Below, piece after piece: positions 10,237-19,737 of a DNA stretch of 64,000 nt; positions within the stretch are counted from its first letter, which is position 1, and each line of letters opens with the position of its first letter. Below the pieces are notes generated by a model. It searched no databases and was not told the DNA's origin. It worked only from the letters and a program-made list of their open reading frames with translations. Source of the DNA: a virus; the IMG/VR virus record IMGVR_UViG_3300020048_000026, positions 90,854 through 154,853 of that record; one strand, 5' to 3'. The position numbers and the translations under genes were made by a program.

Positions 10237-13200
10237 ATGTCTAAAATTGATGAAAAATATATAAGTGCTTTAGAATCATTCACAGAAGCATTAGCAGAAA
10301 TTGTTGAAACATTGAAAGAACAACAAAAAACTGGTAAGGCTGATACTGTTAATGAAATGCTCAAAAATAGTTCAGAAGGATTAGGAAAAGTTGTTAAAGA
10401 TCTAAAGAAAGTAACACAAGAAGGTTTCAAAGATGTAAAGAATCAAAATTCCATAATAGAGCGTAAAATTGATGGAATTAAGAAGCAGAAAGAATCTGGA
10501 ATGTTTGATAAAATTGAGGATCCTAAGAATAAAAATAAAATTGTTGATGGAATAAAAGTTGTAGTTTTGATTGCTGCTGGTGTTTTAGCATTAGGAATGG
10601 CTTTTAAAATTATAGGAAAGGTTGATTTTATTTCTGTTCTAGCACTTTCAGCAGCAATGGTTGCTATGGCTTTTGCATACACTAAAATATCGGATACTAA
10701 AGGTTTAAGTTTTGGTAAGATTTTTAGAGTTGCTATGATTTTACCTATTATGGCATTAGGTTTAGCCGCATCTGGTTATTTATTAAGAAATTTTCCAAAA
10801 ATCGGATTAATGCAAGGAATTTCAATAATGGTTGTTTCTGGTGCATTAGGACTTGCTACATATTTAATATCTAAAGCATTAGGTAAATTAAGTACCAAAT
10901 CATTGATAATGATTCCTTTGATACCTTTTATTTTACCTCTTATCGCATTAGGTATTGTTAAAGCTTCATATATATTGAAAGATGTGAAACAATTAACATT
11001 AATGCAGGTATTTTCTGTTGCTTTAGTTGGGTTAGCATTAGGTGTCGCAACTTTCGGTATAGGACTAGCATTAAAAGGAATGAAAAATATTTCTTGGAAA
11101 GAAATGTTAGCTTTACCTATTATGATTCCATTAATAGCAGGTGGTATTGTACTTGCAAGTACAATTTTTCAAGCCTTTGTGCCTATCAAAAATCCTCTAC
11201 AACTATTATTAGGTAGTTTAGTTATGGGTGTTTCTATTCTTATGTTTACACCTGCAGTTTATATATTAGGTAAATTGAATTTCAGTCAAATTGTTAAAGG
11301 TTCTATTGGTGTTTTAGCCGTAGCAGGTGCGATATTAGGTGTTGCTTGGATATTTTCATTATTACCTGCTGAAATGAGGTATCCTGGATTTATGTGGTCA
11401 TTAGGTGCTGGTTTGAGTATTATAGGTTTTGGATTACTTTCTGTCGCTTTAGGTCTTTTAACAACATTAGTTACACCAATAGTATTTGGTATTGGACTTT
11501 TGGCACTATTAGCCGTAGCAGGTGCGATATTAGGTGTTGCTTGGATATTTTCATTATTACCTGCTGAAATGAGGTATCCTGGATTTATGTGGTCATTAGG
11601 TGCTGGTTTGAGTATTATAGGTTTTGGATTACTTTCTGTCGCTTTAGGTCTTTTAACAACATTAGTTACACCAATAGTATTTGGTATTGGACTTTTGGCA
11701 CTATTAGCCGTAGCAGGTTCAATGGTTGGTGTTTCTTTAATATTAAATCAAGGTAAATGGGATGGTCCGTATCCTTCACTTGGGTGGGCATTGGGTGTAG
11801 GTGGTTCATTACTAATATTTAGTCTTGCGGCAGTTGCCGCATCAGTTGGTGGATTAGCAAGTGCGATAGGTAGTTTATTTACTGGTGGTGAAGATCCTCT
11901 TGTTAAGATGGCAAATACAATGGTATTAGTATCGTTATTGCTACAAAAAGGTATTTGGAATAAAGGATATCCCTCTTATGCCTGGTCAATGGGTGTTGGT
12001 ACAGCATTATTAATGTTTACAAGTGCTTATGCTACAATAACTGCGTTGGAAGGATTTAATAGAGTACTAAGTTTTCTAACTGGTGGTAAATCTAAGAGTT
12101 TTGATGAATTTGTATTAAGTGCAATTGGAACAATGATAGTTGCCAGAGAAATGCTTAATGTTGGTGATTGGAAAAGTGCTAAACACCCTACTTATGAGTG
12201 GTCTTTAGGTATAGGTACGGCATTGGCAACTTTTGCGTTGGCATATGCCACTATTATGGCTATTGAAGGTGCTGGTAGAGTTTTTGCATTTTTTACTGGT
12301 GGTAAATCTAAAAGTTTTGATCAATTTGTAATAAGTGCTGTTACTACTATGGTTGTTGCTAGAGATATGCTCAATATTGGTGATTGGAGTTCGGCTAAAC
12401 ATCCTACAGGTGAGTGGGCATTAGGTGTTGGTACTGCACTTGCTATGTTTGCAACGGCATATGCAGTTATTACTGGTATTGAAGGTATTGGAAGAGTTTT
12501 TTCCTTTTTGACGGGTGGAAAAGCACAAAGTTTTAATGATTTTGTAGTAAGTGCATCAAGTGCTATGTCAACTGCCAGAGGTGAATTGGCTAAAGGTGAT
12601 TGGAGCAATGCAAAATTGTTTCCTAGTAAAGAGTGGGCGGAAGGTGTAGGTATGTCATTATTTTTATTTGCAAGATCATATGCTATTATAAGTTCAGTTC
12701 CAAATTTTATGAGTAACGCAATTAAATTCTTAACTGGTAATAAAGATGATCCTTTTAATAAATTTGTAATATCTGCTATGCATACAATGATAACTGCAAG
12801 GAACATATTAAGTAAGTCAGGAACATGGAATACAGCAAATTCTTATCCATCTAAAGATTATGTTGCAGGTGTTGGTGCAATGTTAACCGTTATGGCAGAA
12901 GCATATAGTAAATTTAATTCTATGGGATTTTTTGAAACTATGGCTACTATTTTTGGTGGTAAGAAAAGAGTTTCATTAGATACTTTTGTTATTAGTGCAT
13001 CAACGTCAATAGTTACAGCATCCACAATTTTAGGAAAAGGAAATTATGGGCAATTACCAGATAAGAAATATTTAGATAATTTCGGTTATTTAATAGAAAA
13101 AATGGCAGATATAATGTCAGATTTTCAAGATGATGTTGATTTAGACGAAATTCAATCATTTAATACTGGATTTAGAATAATTATGACTACGTTAAGTATT

Positions 13201-13893
13201 ATATCAAAGGGTGATTATAAAAATTTCCCTGAAATTACTGAAACAAATAAATTAGTCTATTTTATTGTAAAATCTGCATATTCTGTTAAAAATACACCAT
13301 CACCAGAAACATTTTTAAATTTTAATATAGGTATGAGTTATTTTGTAGCAGGCATCAATAAATTATCAACATTAAAACCATTACCAACTGGTTTCATGAA
13401 TAGTTTTAATACTTTCTTAGAGTTTTTAAATAAAATGCCTGAGAAATCTTTATTCTTTTCTGATAAATATGATAATATTAAGGAAATGGCAAAATCTGTC
13501 AATATGTTAGCGGAATCTTTTTCAAATTTGAATAAAGGTATGTTATCATTTTTAGATATGTCAAAAGGATTATTTTTAATAAGTGTAATAGATGATGTAA
13601 AATTAGGTAAAGTTTTACAGTCAGTTCAAAAACATCAACAAGCACTAAAAATTGTAAATCAAGTACCAGAAGAACAATCTAATTTATTAGATGTTATTAA
13701 AAATTTATATGGAACAATACCTGCAATTATTGGTGGACAGTCAAAAGAGGAAGGACCAAAATTTGAAGGAAAAGATTCAGAAAAGAAACAGAAAGATAAA
13801 TTTTATAATGATATTGCAGAGATTAAATCTGCATTATATCAATTATTAGATAATTTTGATAAACCAACACAAGCCGGTAGTTTTCATAAATAA
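10237..13893 (+). CDS. Tape-measure-like, Ala/Gly-rich hydrophobic repeat protein
   Basis: 1218 aa, N-terminal coiled coil, many amphipathic/TM helices, periodic W...(Y/H/F)P..W.LG(V/I)G repeats. Confidence 0.6.
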   Translation: MSKIDEKYISALESFTEALAEIVETLKEQQKTGKADTVNEMLKNSSEGLGKVVKDLKKVTQEGFKDVKNQNSIIERKIDGIKKQKESGMFDKIEDPKNKNKIVDGIKVVVLIAAGVLALGMAFKIIGKVDFISVLALSAAMVAMAFAYTKISDTKGLSFGKIFRVAMILPIMALGLAASGYLLRNFPKIGLMQGISIMVVSGALGLATYLISKALGKLSTKSLIMIPLIPFILPLIALGIVKASYILKDVKQLTLMQVFSVALVGLALGVATFGIGLALKGMKNISWKEMLALPIMIPLIAGGIVLASTIFQAFVPIKNPLQLLLGSLVMGVSILMFTPAVYILGKLNFSQIVKGSIGVLAVAGAILGVAWIFSLLPAEMRYPGFMWSLGAGLSIIGFGLLSVALGLLTTLVTPIVFGIGLLALLAVAGAILGVAWIFSLLPAEMRYPGFMWSLGAGLSIIGFGLLSVALGLLTTLVTPIVFGIGLLALLAVAGSMVGVSLILNQGKWDGPYPSLGWALGVGGSLLIFSLAAVAASVGGLASAIGSLFTGGEDPLVKMANTMVLVSLLLQKGIWNKGYPSYAWSMGVGTALLMFTSAYATITALEGFNRVLSFLTGGKSKSFDEFVLSAIGTMIVAREMLNVGDWKSAKHPTYEWSLGIGTALATFALAYATIMAIEGAGRVFAFFTGGKSKSFDQFVISAVTTMVVARDMLNIGDWSSAKHPTGEWALGVGTALAMFATAYAVITGIEGIGRVFSFLTGGKAQSFNDFVVSASSAMSTARGELAKGDWSNAKLFPSKEWAEGVGMSLFLFARSYAIISSVPNFMSNAIKFLTGNKDDPFNKFVISAMHTMITARNILSKSGTWNTANSYPSKDYVAGVGAMLTVMAEAYSKFNSMGFFETMATIFGGKKRVSLDTFVISASTSIVTASTILGKGNYGQLPDKKYLDNFGYLIEKMADIMSDFQDDVDLDEIQSFNTGFRIIMTTLSIISKGDYKNFPEITETNKLVYFIVKSAYSVKNTPSPETFLNFNIGMSYFVAGINKLSTLKPLPTGFMNSFNTFLEFLNKMPEKSLFFSDKYDNIKEMAKSVNMLAESFSNLNKGMLSFLDMSKGLFLISVIDDVKLGKVLQSVQKHQQALKIVNQVPEEQSNLLDVIKNLYGTIPAIIGGQSKEEGPKFEGKDSEKKQKDKFYNDIAEIKSALYQLLDNFDKPTQAGSFHK
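11314..11718 (+). repeat. Exact 195-bp (65-aa) tandem duplication within tape-measure-like gene
   Basis: Unit begins TTAGCCGTAGCAGGT at 11314, 11509 and partially at 11704. Confidence 0.92.
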
Positions 13894-13947
13894 ACTTTTT
13901 ATCTATTAGAACCTAAACATGATTATATATAAGATAAAAAAATAATT

Positions 13948-14373
13948 ATGAAGAGATTTTTATATTTAATACGATATATTAGGCTTTTAAAAAAGAATAA
14001 AAAGAATTTATCGGAATCTAGAATTAATGATAATCCAAATCCATTGGGTATTCAATTTGATTGGATTTATAGATTATATACCGTTTTGAATTTACCATTT
14101 GAAGATAAAGAAAACATGGATAAATATGGATATTATTATATTGATAATATGGTACAAAATCATGTTGTAGAAATAAATAATTTTTTATTTCAATTAGGTA
14201 TTCTTGAATATGTTACTTTAGATATTGATAATATTCAACAAATTGATGATTTTAATGTGCGTATTGTTCTAAAATTCAAGTATTTGAACTTGAAATTTTG
14301 GGCAAGATTTTTTGTTATTTTTGTGCCTATTTTTCTTGTTTTTGGAATAATTTTTTTACTTATTTCAATATAA
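13948..14373 (+). CDS. Hypothetical protein with C-terminal TM anchor
   Basis: FFVIFVPIFLVFGIIFLLISI at C-terminus. Confidence 0.65.
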   Translation: MKRFLYLIRYIRLLKKNKKNLSESRINDNPNPLGIQFDWIYRLYTVLNLPFEDKENMDKYGYYYIDNMVQNHVVEINNFLFQLGILEYVTLDIDNIQQIDDFNVRIVLKFKYLNLKFWARFFVIFVPIFLVFGIIFLLISI

Positions 14374-14425
14374 TTAAACTTTACAATTCATTTTTAATAT
14401 ATGTTAAAAAACAAATTATATTATT

Positions 14426-14866
14426 ATGAGTAAAGAACAATTTCATGAATTATCAGACTACATCATTGAATATTTTGATGAATTGGAGAAAAAATTAAGT
14501 TTACCAGTTGATATTAAATATGTTTATCAAGCTGATGATAAACAAAAAACCCTAATAAAAATCGTAAAAATTGCTGATAGGTATTCAAATTTATTGAATG
14601 CTGATCTTTTGATTAGTTTTAATGAAGACTTTTTTGATGCATTTGATGATGAAGCAAAGAATATACTTATTGATCAAGAGTTAGCATTAATAGAATTTAA
14701 CCTTGAAAAAGGTATACTTAAACTAGGCAAAGCAGATTTAATAACATCATCTGGCGTTATAAAGAAATATGGTGTTGATGCTGTTGAAAGGGCAAATCAA
14801 GTTAAAGATTTGTATAATAGCCAACAATTGGACCACGAAAAGGACAATAAAAAAAATAATAAATAA
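14426..14866 (+). CDS. Putative phage metallopeptidase-fold protein, probably inactive
   Basis: ILIDQELALI aligns with LxDHELxH of phage metallopeptidases but lacks both His; followed by D...VIKKYG. Confidence 0.5.
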   Translation: MSKEQFHELSDYIIEYFDELEKKLSLPVDIKYVYQADDKQKTLIKIVKIADRYSNLLNADLLISFNEDFFDAFDDEAKNILIDQELALIEFNLEKGILKLGKADLITSSGVIKKYGVDAVERANQVKDLYNSQQLDHEKDNKKNNK

Positions 14867-14868
14867 AA

Positions 14869-15639
14869 ATGGAAGAAAAGAAATTTTTTGATTTTACAAC
14901 TAACAATGAATTTAATTTGAATGAAGAGTATTCAACTTTATTTAAAGATGAACAATTTAAAAGATCAAATCCTAATGAGGAAAAACTAAGAGATGCTGAA
15001 AATATCATATCAGAATTGGGTGCAAAATATGTTGAAGGATTATCTTTACAAAAATATGAAAATATTTTTGTTAACCTAACAGAATTTTTAAAGAAATTCC
15101 GTATAGATTCAGAAGAAGTTACAAACTTAACTAAGGCTGATAGAGATAAAGTTTTTGGTTATGGTAAAGAATTATTCGCATCCTATCAAGAACAATATAG
15201 CAATTTATATTTCAATTTTGAACTTTCTATTAAAGAATGGAATTATATTGAACATACTTTGACTAAAAAATTGTCTTATAATGGACAAGAATTATTTAAC
15301 TATTGGGAACTTTATATGAAATTTATTGGACCTACAAAGGAAATAGCTGATAAATTACCTAAACAATTGGAAACATTTGCTCCAGTATGTTCTATTCAAA
15401 GTTTAATTTTATTAAGTCACTTATTAATGAAACATGAAGAAAAAGCTTCAACTGACAGTTTTCATTATTTTAGAACAGTATTAACAGAAATAGCAAAAAT
15501 GACTAGATTATTTAATGCATATGGTGTTATGTTAGAAAGAACTACTAATCATTTCAATAATTGGGTCAATGCATTAAATGCGATGGATGGATACAATAAT
15601 GATGAAAGGATTGATGATGGTGAGCAACAACAACAATAA
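14869..15639 (+). CDS. Hypothetical protein
   Basis: 256-aa ORF in operon. Confidence 0.7.
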   Translation: MEEKKFFDFTTNNEFNLNEEYSTLFKDEQFKRSNPNEEKLRDAENIISELGAKYVEGLSLQKYENIFVNLTEFLKKFRIDSEEVTNLTKADRDKVFGYGKELFASYQEQYSNLYFNFELSIKEWNYIEHTLTKKLSYNGQELFNYWELYMKFIGPTKEIADKLPKQLETFAPVCSIQSLILLSHLLMKHEEKASTDSFHYFRTVLTEIAKMTRLFNAYGVMLERTTNHFNNWVNALNAMDGYNNDERIDDGEQQQQ

Positions 15640-15949
15640 GAAAGAAATATTTTCTGAACTAAGATTTTTTAATTTTCGTGATAACGAAATTAAAATCGCA
15701 TCTTTGGAAAACAAAGTTGACATTATGAATGAACTCAAAACTCTCAAAATCATAGAGTTGAATGATTTTGAGAGTTTTGAATCATATGTTAATTATGATC
15801 ATTTTTTAATATTTAAATTAAATGATGAATATTATTTTTGCGAAACAGAATTGGTTCCACAACTACAAAAAGAAAGTATGATTAAAATTTTAGATTTTAA
15901 TCATCAATTAAGAAAAGATAAAATTAAAAAAATTGAAAATGAAAACTAA
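15578..15949 (+). CDS. Hypothetical protein with C-terminal RKxKL tag (true start probably about 15614-15617)
   Basis: Ends QLRKDKIKKIENEN. Confidence 0.6.
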   Translation: MRWMDTIMMKGLMMVSNNNNKKEIFSELRFFNFRDNEIKIASLENKVDIMNELKTLKIIELNDFESFESYVNYDHFLIFKLNDEYYFCETELVPQLQKESMIKILDFNHQLRKDKIKKIENEN

Positions 15950-16190
15950 ATTACCAACACAAGAAGAAAATCCATTAGGATTACAAAATCGTTATCATGT
16001 GTCAAAAGTGAATGGTGAGCCAATAGATGAAGGAGCAGAGTATTTTTTACTAAGATTAGATGATGGTGGAAGTGATCCAATACATATTAACGCATGTAAA
16101 AAGGCAATTATGATATATGCCAAAGAAATTGAAAATCATCTACCACAATTATCAAAAGATTTAATTGATAGATACGGTGATACAAAATAA
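15933..16190 (+). CDS. Conserved small phage protein
   Basis: GLQNRYHVSK...AEYFLLRLD...ACKKAIMIYA pattern. Confidence 0.65.
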   Translation: MKMKTKLPTQEENPLGLQNRYHVSKVNGEPIDEGAEYFLLRLDDGGSDPIHINACKKAIMIYAKEIENHLPQLSKDLIDRYGDTK

Positions 16191-16200
16191 GAACTAAAAT

Positions 16201-16425
16201 ATGACAGAAGATATAAAAAATGCATTATTTTTAGATATTAATACTCTAAAATATAAAATACAAAATAAAACAAGAGGAAGAGTAAGAATTTTTTTAGGTG
16301 AATTTGTTGGTGATGATTTTAATATTACTGTAGACACAATACAAAACCTAGAATCACAAGAGCAAAGTAAATTAAGGGGATATATAAAATCTATTATTCT
16401 CTCTAAATATTCAATAATATTTTAA
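16201..16425 (+). CDS. Hypothetical protein
   Basis: 74-aa ORF. Confidence 0.55.
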   Translation: MTEDIKNALFLDINTLKYKIQNKTRGRVRIFLGEFVGDDFNITVDTIQNLESQEQSKLRGYIKSIILSKYSIIF

Positions 16426-16620
16426 TCCGGCAAAGCCGGTATCACCTTCGGTTTAGGTTTCTTGCAGCCTGTACACCCTTTCTCACGGTACAACGATAGA
16501 TTTCATTCAGAACAAGAGGGATCTACCGCTATCTACTTTAGTAATAGATTGGTTCAACCTTGTGATAACGACCATTTTAACAAGTCTTACTATGAAAGTA
16601 CAAAATGGTTAAAAATACTT
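16425..16620 (-). ncRNA. Candidate structured non-coding RNA (~200 nt), family unknown
   Basis: GC-richer ORF-free island with seven nested helices; G-U pairs favour the minus strand; TACTTTTG -7 element on minus strand at 16635-16642. Confidence 0.6.
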
Positions 16621-16700
16621 AATTTTTAATAATACAAAAGTATAACATTTTTTTAAATAAAAAAATTATTAATTTTTATTTTCAATTTTTATATATATCT

Positions 16701-17159
16701 TTGAGCATGGAGATAACATTTGAAAATTTTAAATTTTATAAAAAGGGATTGAATATAACATATTCTGGAATTGTTTTAGATAATGATTCCAAAAACCTTT
16801 TATTATCAACTTTTATTTATCCTAATCCTGAGTATTCTGATTGGATTAAAATAGCAGATCATATGACGATATGCATGGGTGAGTTACCTGAACATTTGAA
16901 AAGATATTGGTTAGATGAAGAAGTTACATTAACGGTAAGAGAAATTGGTATTAGTGATAAGGCAGTTGCTGTGAAAGTTAATGGATTTTTCATAATTTCT
17001 AAACCAAATCAATTAGAAAATGAGGGTCCAAAATTACAACACATAACATTGGCTATTAATCCTTTTGATGCTAAACCATCGGATTCTAACTATATAGAAA
17101 ATTGGAAAAGAATAACACCCATAAAATTAAGAGGTACAATTAAAGAAATTCAATTTTAA
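16701..17159 (+). CDS. 2H phosphoesterase (tRNA-ligase phosphodiesterase / Acb1-like fold)
   Basis: Two HxT motifs: DHMTI and QHITL; YSGIVL N-strand; KPSDSN; late motif at 16689-16697. Confidence 0.75.
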   Translation: MSMEITFENFKFYKKGLNITYSGIVLDNDSKNLLLSTFIYPNPEYSDWIKIADHMTICMGELPEHLKRYWLDEEVTLTVREIGISDKAVAVKVNGFFIISKPNQLENEGPKLQHITLAINPFDAKPSDSNYIENWKRITPIKLRGTIKEIQF

Positions 17160-17213
17160 TTTTAAAACAAAACAGGTATTTTATTCTATATAAAGAAAAA
17201 TAATAATACTGTT

Positions 17214-17531
17214 ATGCCAAAATCAAAAAATACTAAAGATCATAAACAGCGATTAGCTAAATACAAAGCTAATAAAAAGATTGAACAAGAATCATTCAAG
17301 AAAAAGTTGATTGATAATTATATGAAAATGCAACAAGATGCACTTGCACAATCAGAAGCACACACATCAACAGAAGATGTTGAGGGACCATCAATTGATA
17401 TTGATGAATTGAATCAAATTGAAGATTGGGAATCAACAGATGATTTACCTACTGATTTACCTGATGATTTGTTTATGGATGATGTTGTAATAGAAAATAT
17501 AGAAATTGAAAATCCAGATAAAACAGAATAA
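17214..17531 (+). CDS. Basic-N/acidic-C hypothetical protein
   Basis: MPKSKNTKDHK... then Asp/Glu-rich tail. Confidence 0.65.
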   Translation: MPKSKNTKDHKQRLAKYKANKKIEQESFKKKLIDNYMKMQQDALAQSEAHTSTEDVEGPSIDIDELNQIEDWESTDDLPTDLPDDLFMDDVVIENIEIENPDKTE

Positions 17532-17545
17532 AATAATAATTTAAA

Positions 17546-18589
17546 ATGATAACAATAACAAATAATAACATTTATCATAACGATTTCTCTATTTCTACAT
17601 TGTCCTCTATGGAAAATGTTCAGATAGTTGATATTGAAGATATTGTGAATTTTTTATCCGATCCTGTGGAATTAGGTGAAAGTGTAACTTTCAAAAAATT
17701 ATTTAGTATAGCATCATTTAATATTGAAAAATTCAATGAAATTTTTTATTCAGCTTTAGGTGGATTCAACCTTGAACCATTTTTACAAGAAATAGAAAAT
17801 AATCCTACTGAAACTATTGAAAGTGAATATCTTGAGGTTTATTGGTTTTGTGAAAAATATGAAAATGAATTAAATATTTTCCCTTCATTACACGGTGTTT
17901 CGTCAAAAGAAGTATATGGTATTGATTTTGTGTCTCTTAATAATCTTAAAAATTTTAATATTAGAATAAATCCAGTAGTTGAAATATTTGATTATAGTAA
18001 GATTAAAAATGAAAATCTTGAAAATGTTAAAGATATTGAAAAATTAGAATTAGGTGAAAAACAATTCACTTTATTTGAATTATTTTTTGCTATTTTTCAT
18101 GAAATTTCTTTCTATGGTGGACCTCAAGATAAAAAAGAAAAACTTAAAGAACTTGAAGTTTCAATTGATGATGTAGAAAATAATATTGATAAAATAAGAG
18201 AAGATTCTAAATTAACTTCTTTTGAAGATATTATGGATAAATTAGATGCTCAGGATAAATATCTTGTGAAGTATAAAGATTTAAGAGATAGAGTTGAAGA
18301 AGATAGAATCGGTAATAAAAGAAATTTAAATAAATTGAAGAATTGTTTAATTGAAAAACTTAAAATATTTGATATTATTGAAAATTCTGATGATAATTTG
18401 AAATCATATTATAAAAAATTAACAGATAACGAATATAATATGCAATTATTATATGGTGAAGATGAAGATATATCTTTTCATAGATTTTGGGAAACCCCGA
18501 AATGTACTTGTCCAAAGATAGACAATATAGAGATATATCCATCAAAAACACCTATTTTTGATAATAACTGCAAAATACATGGAAAATAA
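17546..18589 (+). CDS. Hypothetical protein with C-terminal Cys/His zinc motif
   Basis: FHRFW..PKCTCPKIDN...NCKIHG. Confidence 0.7.
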   Translation: MITITNNNIYHNDFSISTLSSMENVQIVDIEDIVNFLSDPVELGESVTFKKLFSIASFNIEKFNEIFYSALGGFNLEPFLQEIENNPTETIESEYLEVYWFCEKYENELNIFPSLHGVSSKEVYGIDFVSLNNLKNFNIRINPVVEIFDYSKIKNENLENVKDIEKLELGEKQFTLFELFFAIFHEISFYGGPQDKKEKLKELEVSIDDVENNIDKIREDSKLTSFEDIMDKLDAQDKYLVKYKDLRDRVEEDRIGNKRNLNKLKNCLIEKLKIFDIIENSDDNLKSYYKKLTDNEYNMQLLYGEDEDISFHRFWETPKCTCPKIDNIEIYPSKTPIFDNNCKIHGK

Positions 18590-19323
18590 TGAATAGAGAT
18601 AAATTAATAGATATAGTGAATGATACACTTGAAATGTGTGAAAATGAATATGATTGGATGATTGTAAAAGCATCTAATATTTTTTATAGTAATAATTACT
18701 TTACTAATAATACTTTAATAAAGAAATTTTCCAATCCAAATATAAAATTGGTAAAACAAACTACTGTTGAGGCTATTATTGATAATAAAGATAAGGTTTT
18801 TGCCGTTCTAAATTTTGCATCAGCAAAAAATCCTGGTGGTGGAGTATTAAAAGGTTCTGTTGCACAAGAAGAAGCATTAGCAAGAGTCTCATCTTTATAT
18901 CCTGTTATTAAACAATGTACAGAATTTTATGGTCCTACATCAGCGCCCTATTATACAGATAAAATCATATACTCAAAACCAATATATGTTTTTAAAGATG
19001 ATTATGGTACAGAAATAGAACCTATTGAGTGTGAAGTAATTACTTGTGCTGCACCAAATTACGCTTTTGGTGATGATATTGATATAGAAGATCACAAGAA
19101 GGTAATGACGAGGAGATTTATAAAAGTTTTAAAATCTGCTATTGAAAATAATCAGAGAAATCTTATTTTAGGTGCTTGGGGATGTGGAGTATTCAAAAAT
19201 CCTCCTGATATAAACGCTCAGATATTTAGAGATGTATTAAGTATGTTTTCTAGTTCATTTGATGAAGTGGTATTTGCTATACCAGATGATAGAAATTTTC
19301 AAATTTTTCAAAAAAATTTATAA
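18589..19323 (+). CDS. TIGR02452-family macrodomain (bacterial PARG-like ADP-ribose hydrolase)
   Basis: VLNFASAKNPGGG...AQEEAL, VITCAAP, LILGAWGCGVFKN, VVFAI. Confidence 0.92.
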   Translation: MNRDKLIDIVNDTLEMCENEYDWMIVKASNIFYSNNYFTNNTLIKKFSNPNIKLVKQTTVEAIIDNKDKVFAVLNFASAKNPGGGVLKGSVAQEEALARVSSLYPVIKQCTEFYGPTSAPYYTDKIIYSKPIYVFKDDYGTEIEPIECEVITCAAPNYAFGDDIDIEDHKKVMTRRFIKVLKSAIENNQRNLILGAWGCGVFKNPPDINAQIFRDVLSMFSSSFDEVVFAIPDDRNFQIFQKNL

Positions 19324-19324
19324 T

Positions 19325-19684
19325 ATGAAAAAATTATTTATATTTTTGTTTTTGATGGTTGTAGCTTTTGTCTCCCATTCTTTTGCTCAAAATGATAAAT
19401 GTCTTAAAGTATCAAATGATATTATTAAAGATGTAAAAGGTAAAATTATTAGTCAGAGTCTTAGTTATGATCAAAATATCTACACAATAAAAGTAGAAGT
19501 TCCAGCAACTTATGATATAAATATGGTAAAAACTGCTTGTGATTCTACTAATGCAAAAGTTGTTTTTGATTGGAAACTCAATTATGATAAGAATTATGAA
19601 AAAACATTATTAATAGGAGGTAAAAGTATGTTAATTATGTATTATCCAGGTGATAAAGTAATATATTTTGAGTTTCCTAAGTAA
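19325..19684 (+). CDS. Secreted protein with signal peptide
   Basis: MKKLFIFLFLMVVAFVSHSFAQ signal peptide. Confidence 0.7.
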   Translation: MKKLFIFLFLMVVAFVSHSFAQNDKCLKVSNDIIKDVKGKIISQSLSYDQNIYTIKVEVPATYDINMVKTACDSTNAKVVFDWKLNYDKNYEKTLLIGGKSMLIMYYPGDKVIYFEFPK

Positions 19685-19714
19685 ACAAAAACCTCGGAAG
19701 AGGTTTTTTTGTTT
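19684..19714 (+). terminator. Rho-independent terminator
   Basis: AAAAACCTC-GGAA-GAGGTTTTT hairpin with T tract. Confidence 0.8.
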
Positions 19715-19737
19715 TAAAGTATTAATATATAAACATT

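Noticed and set aside
16480-16520. Hammerhead ribozyme (CUGAAUGA...GAAA on minus strand)
   Set aside because: Core spacing and stem II/III arrangement do not fit the hammerhead consensus
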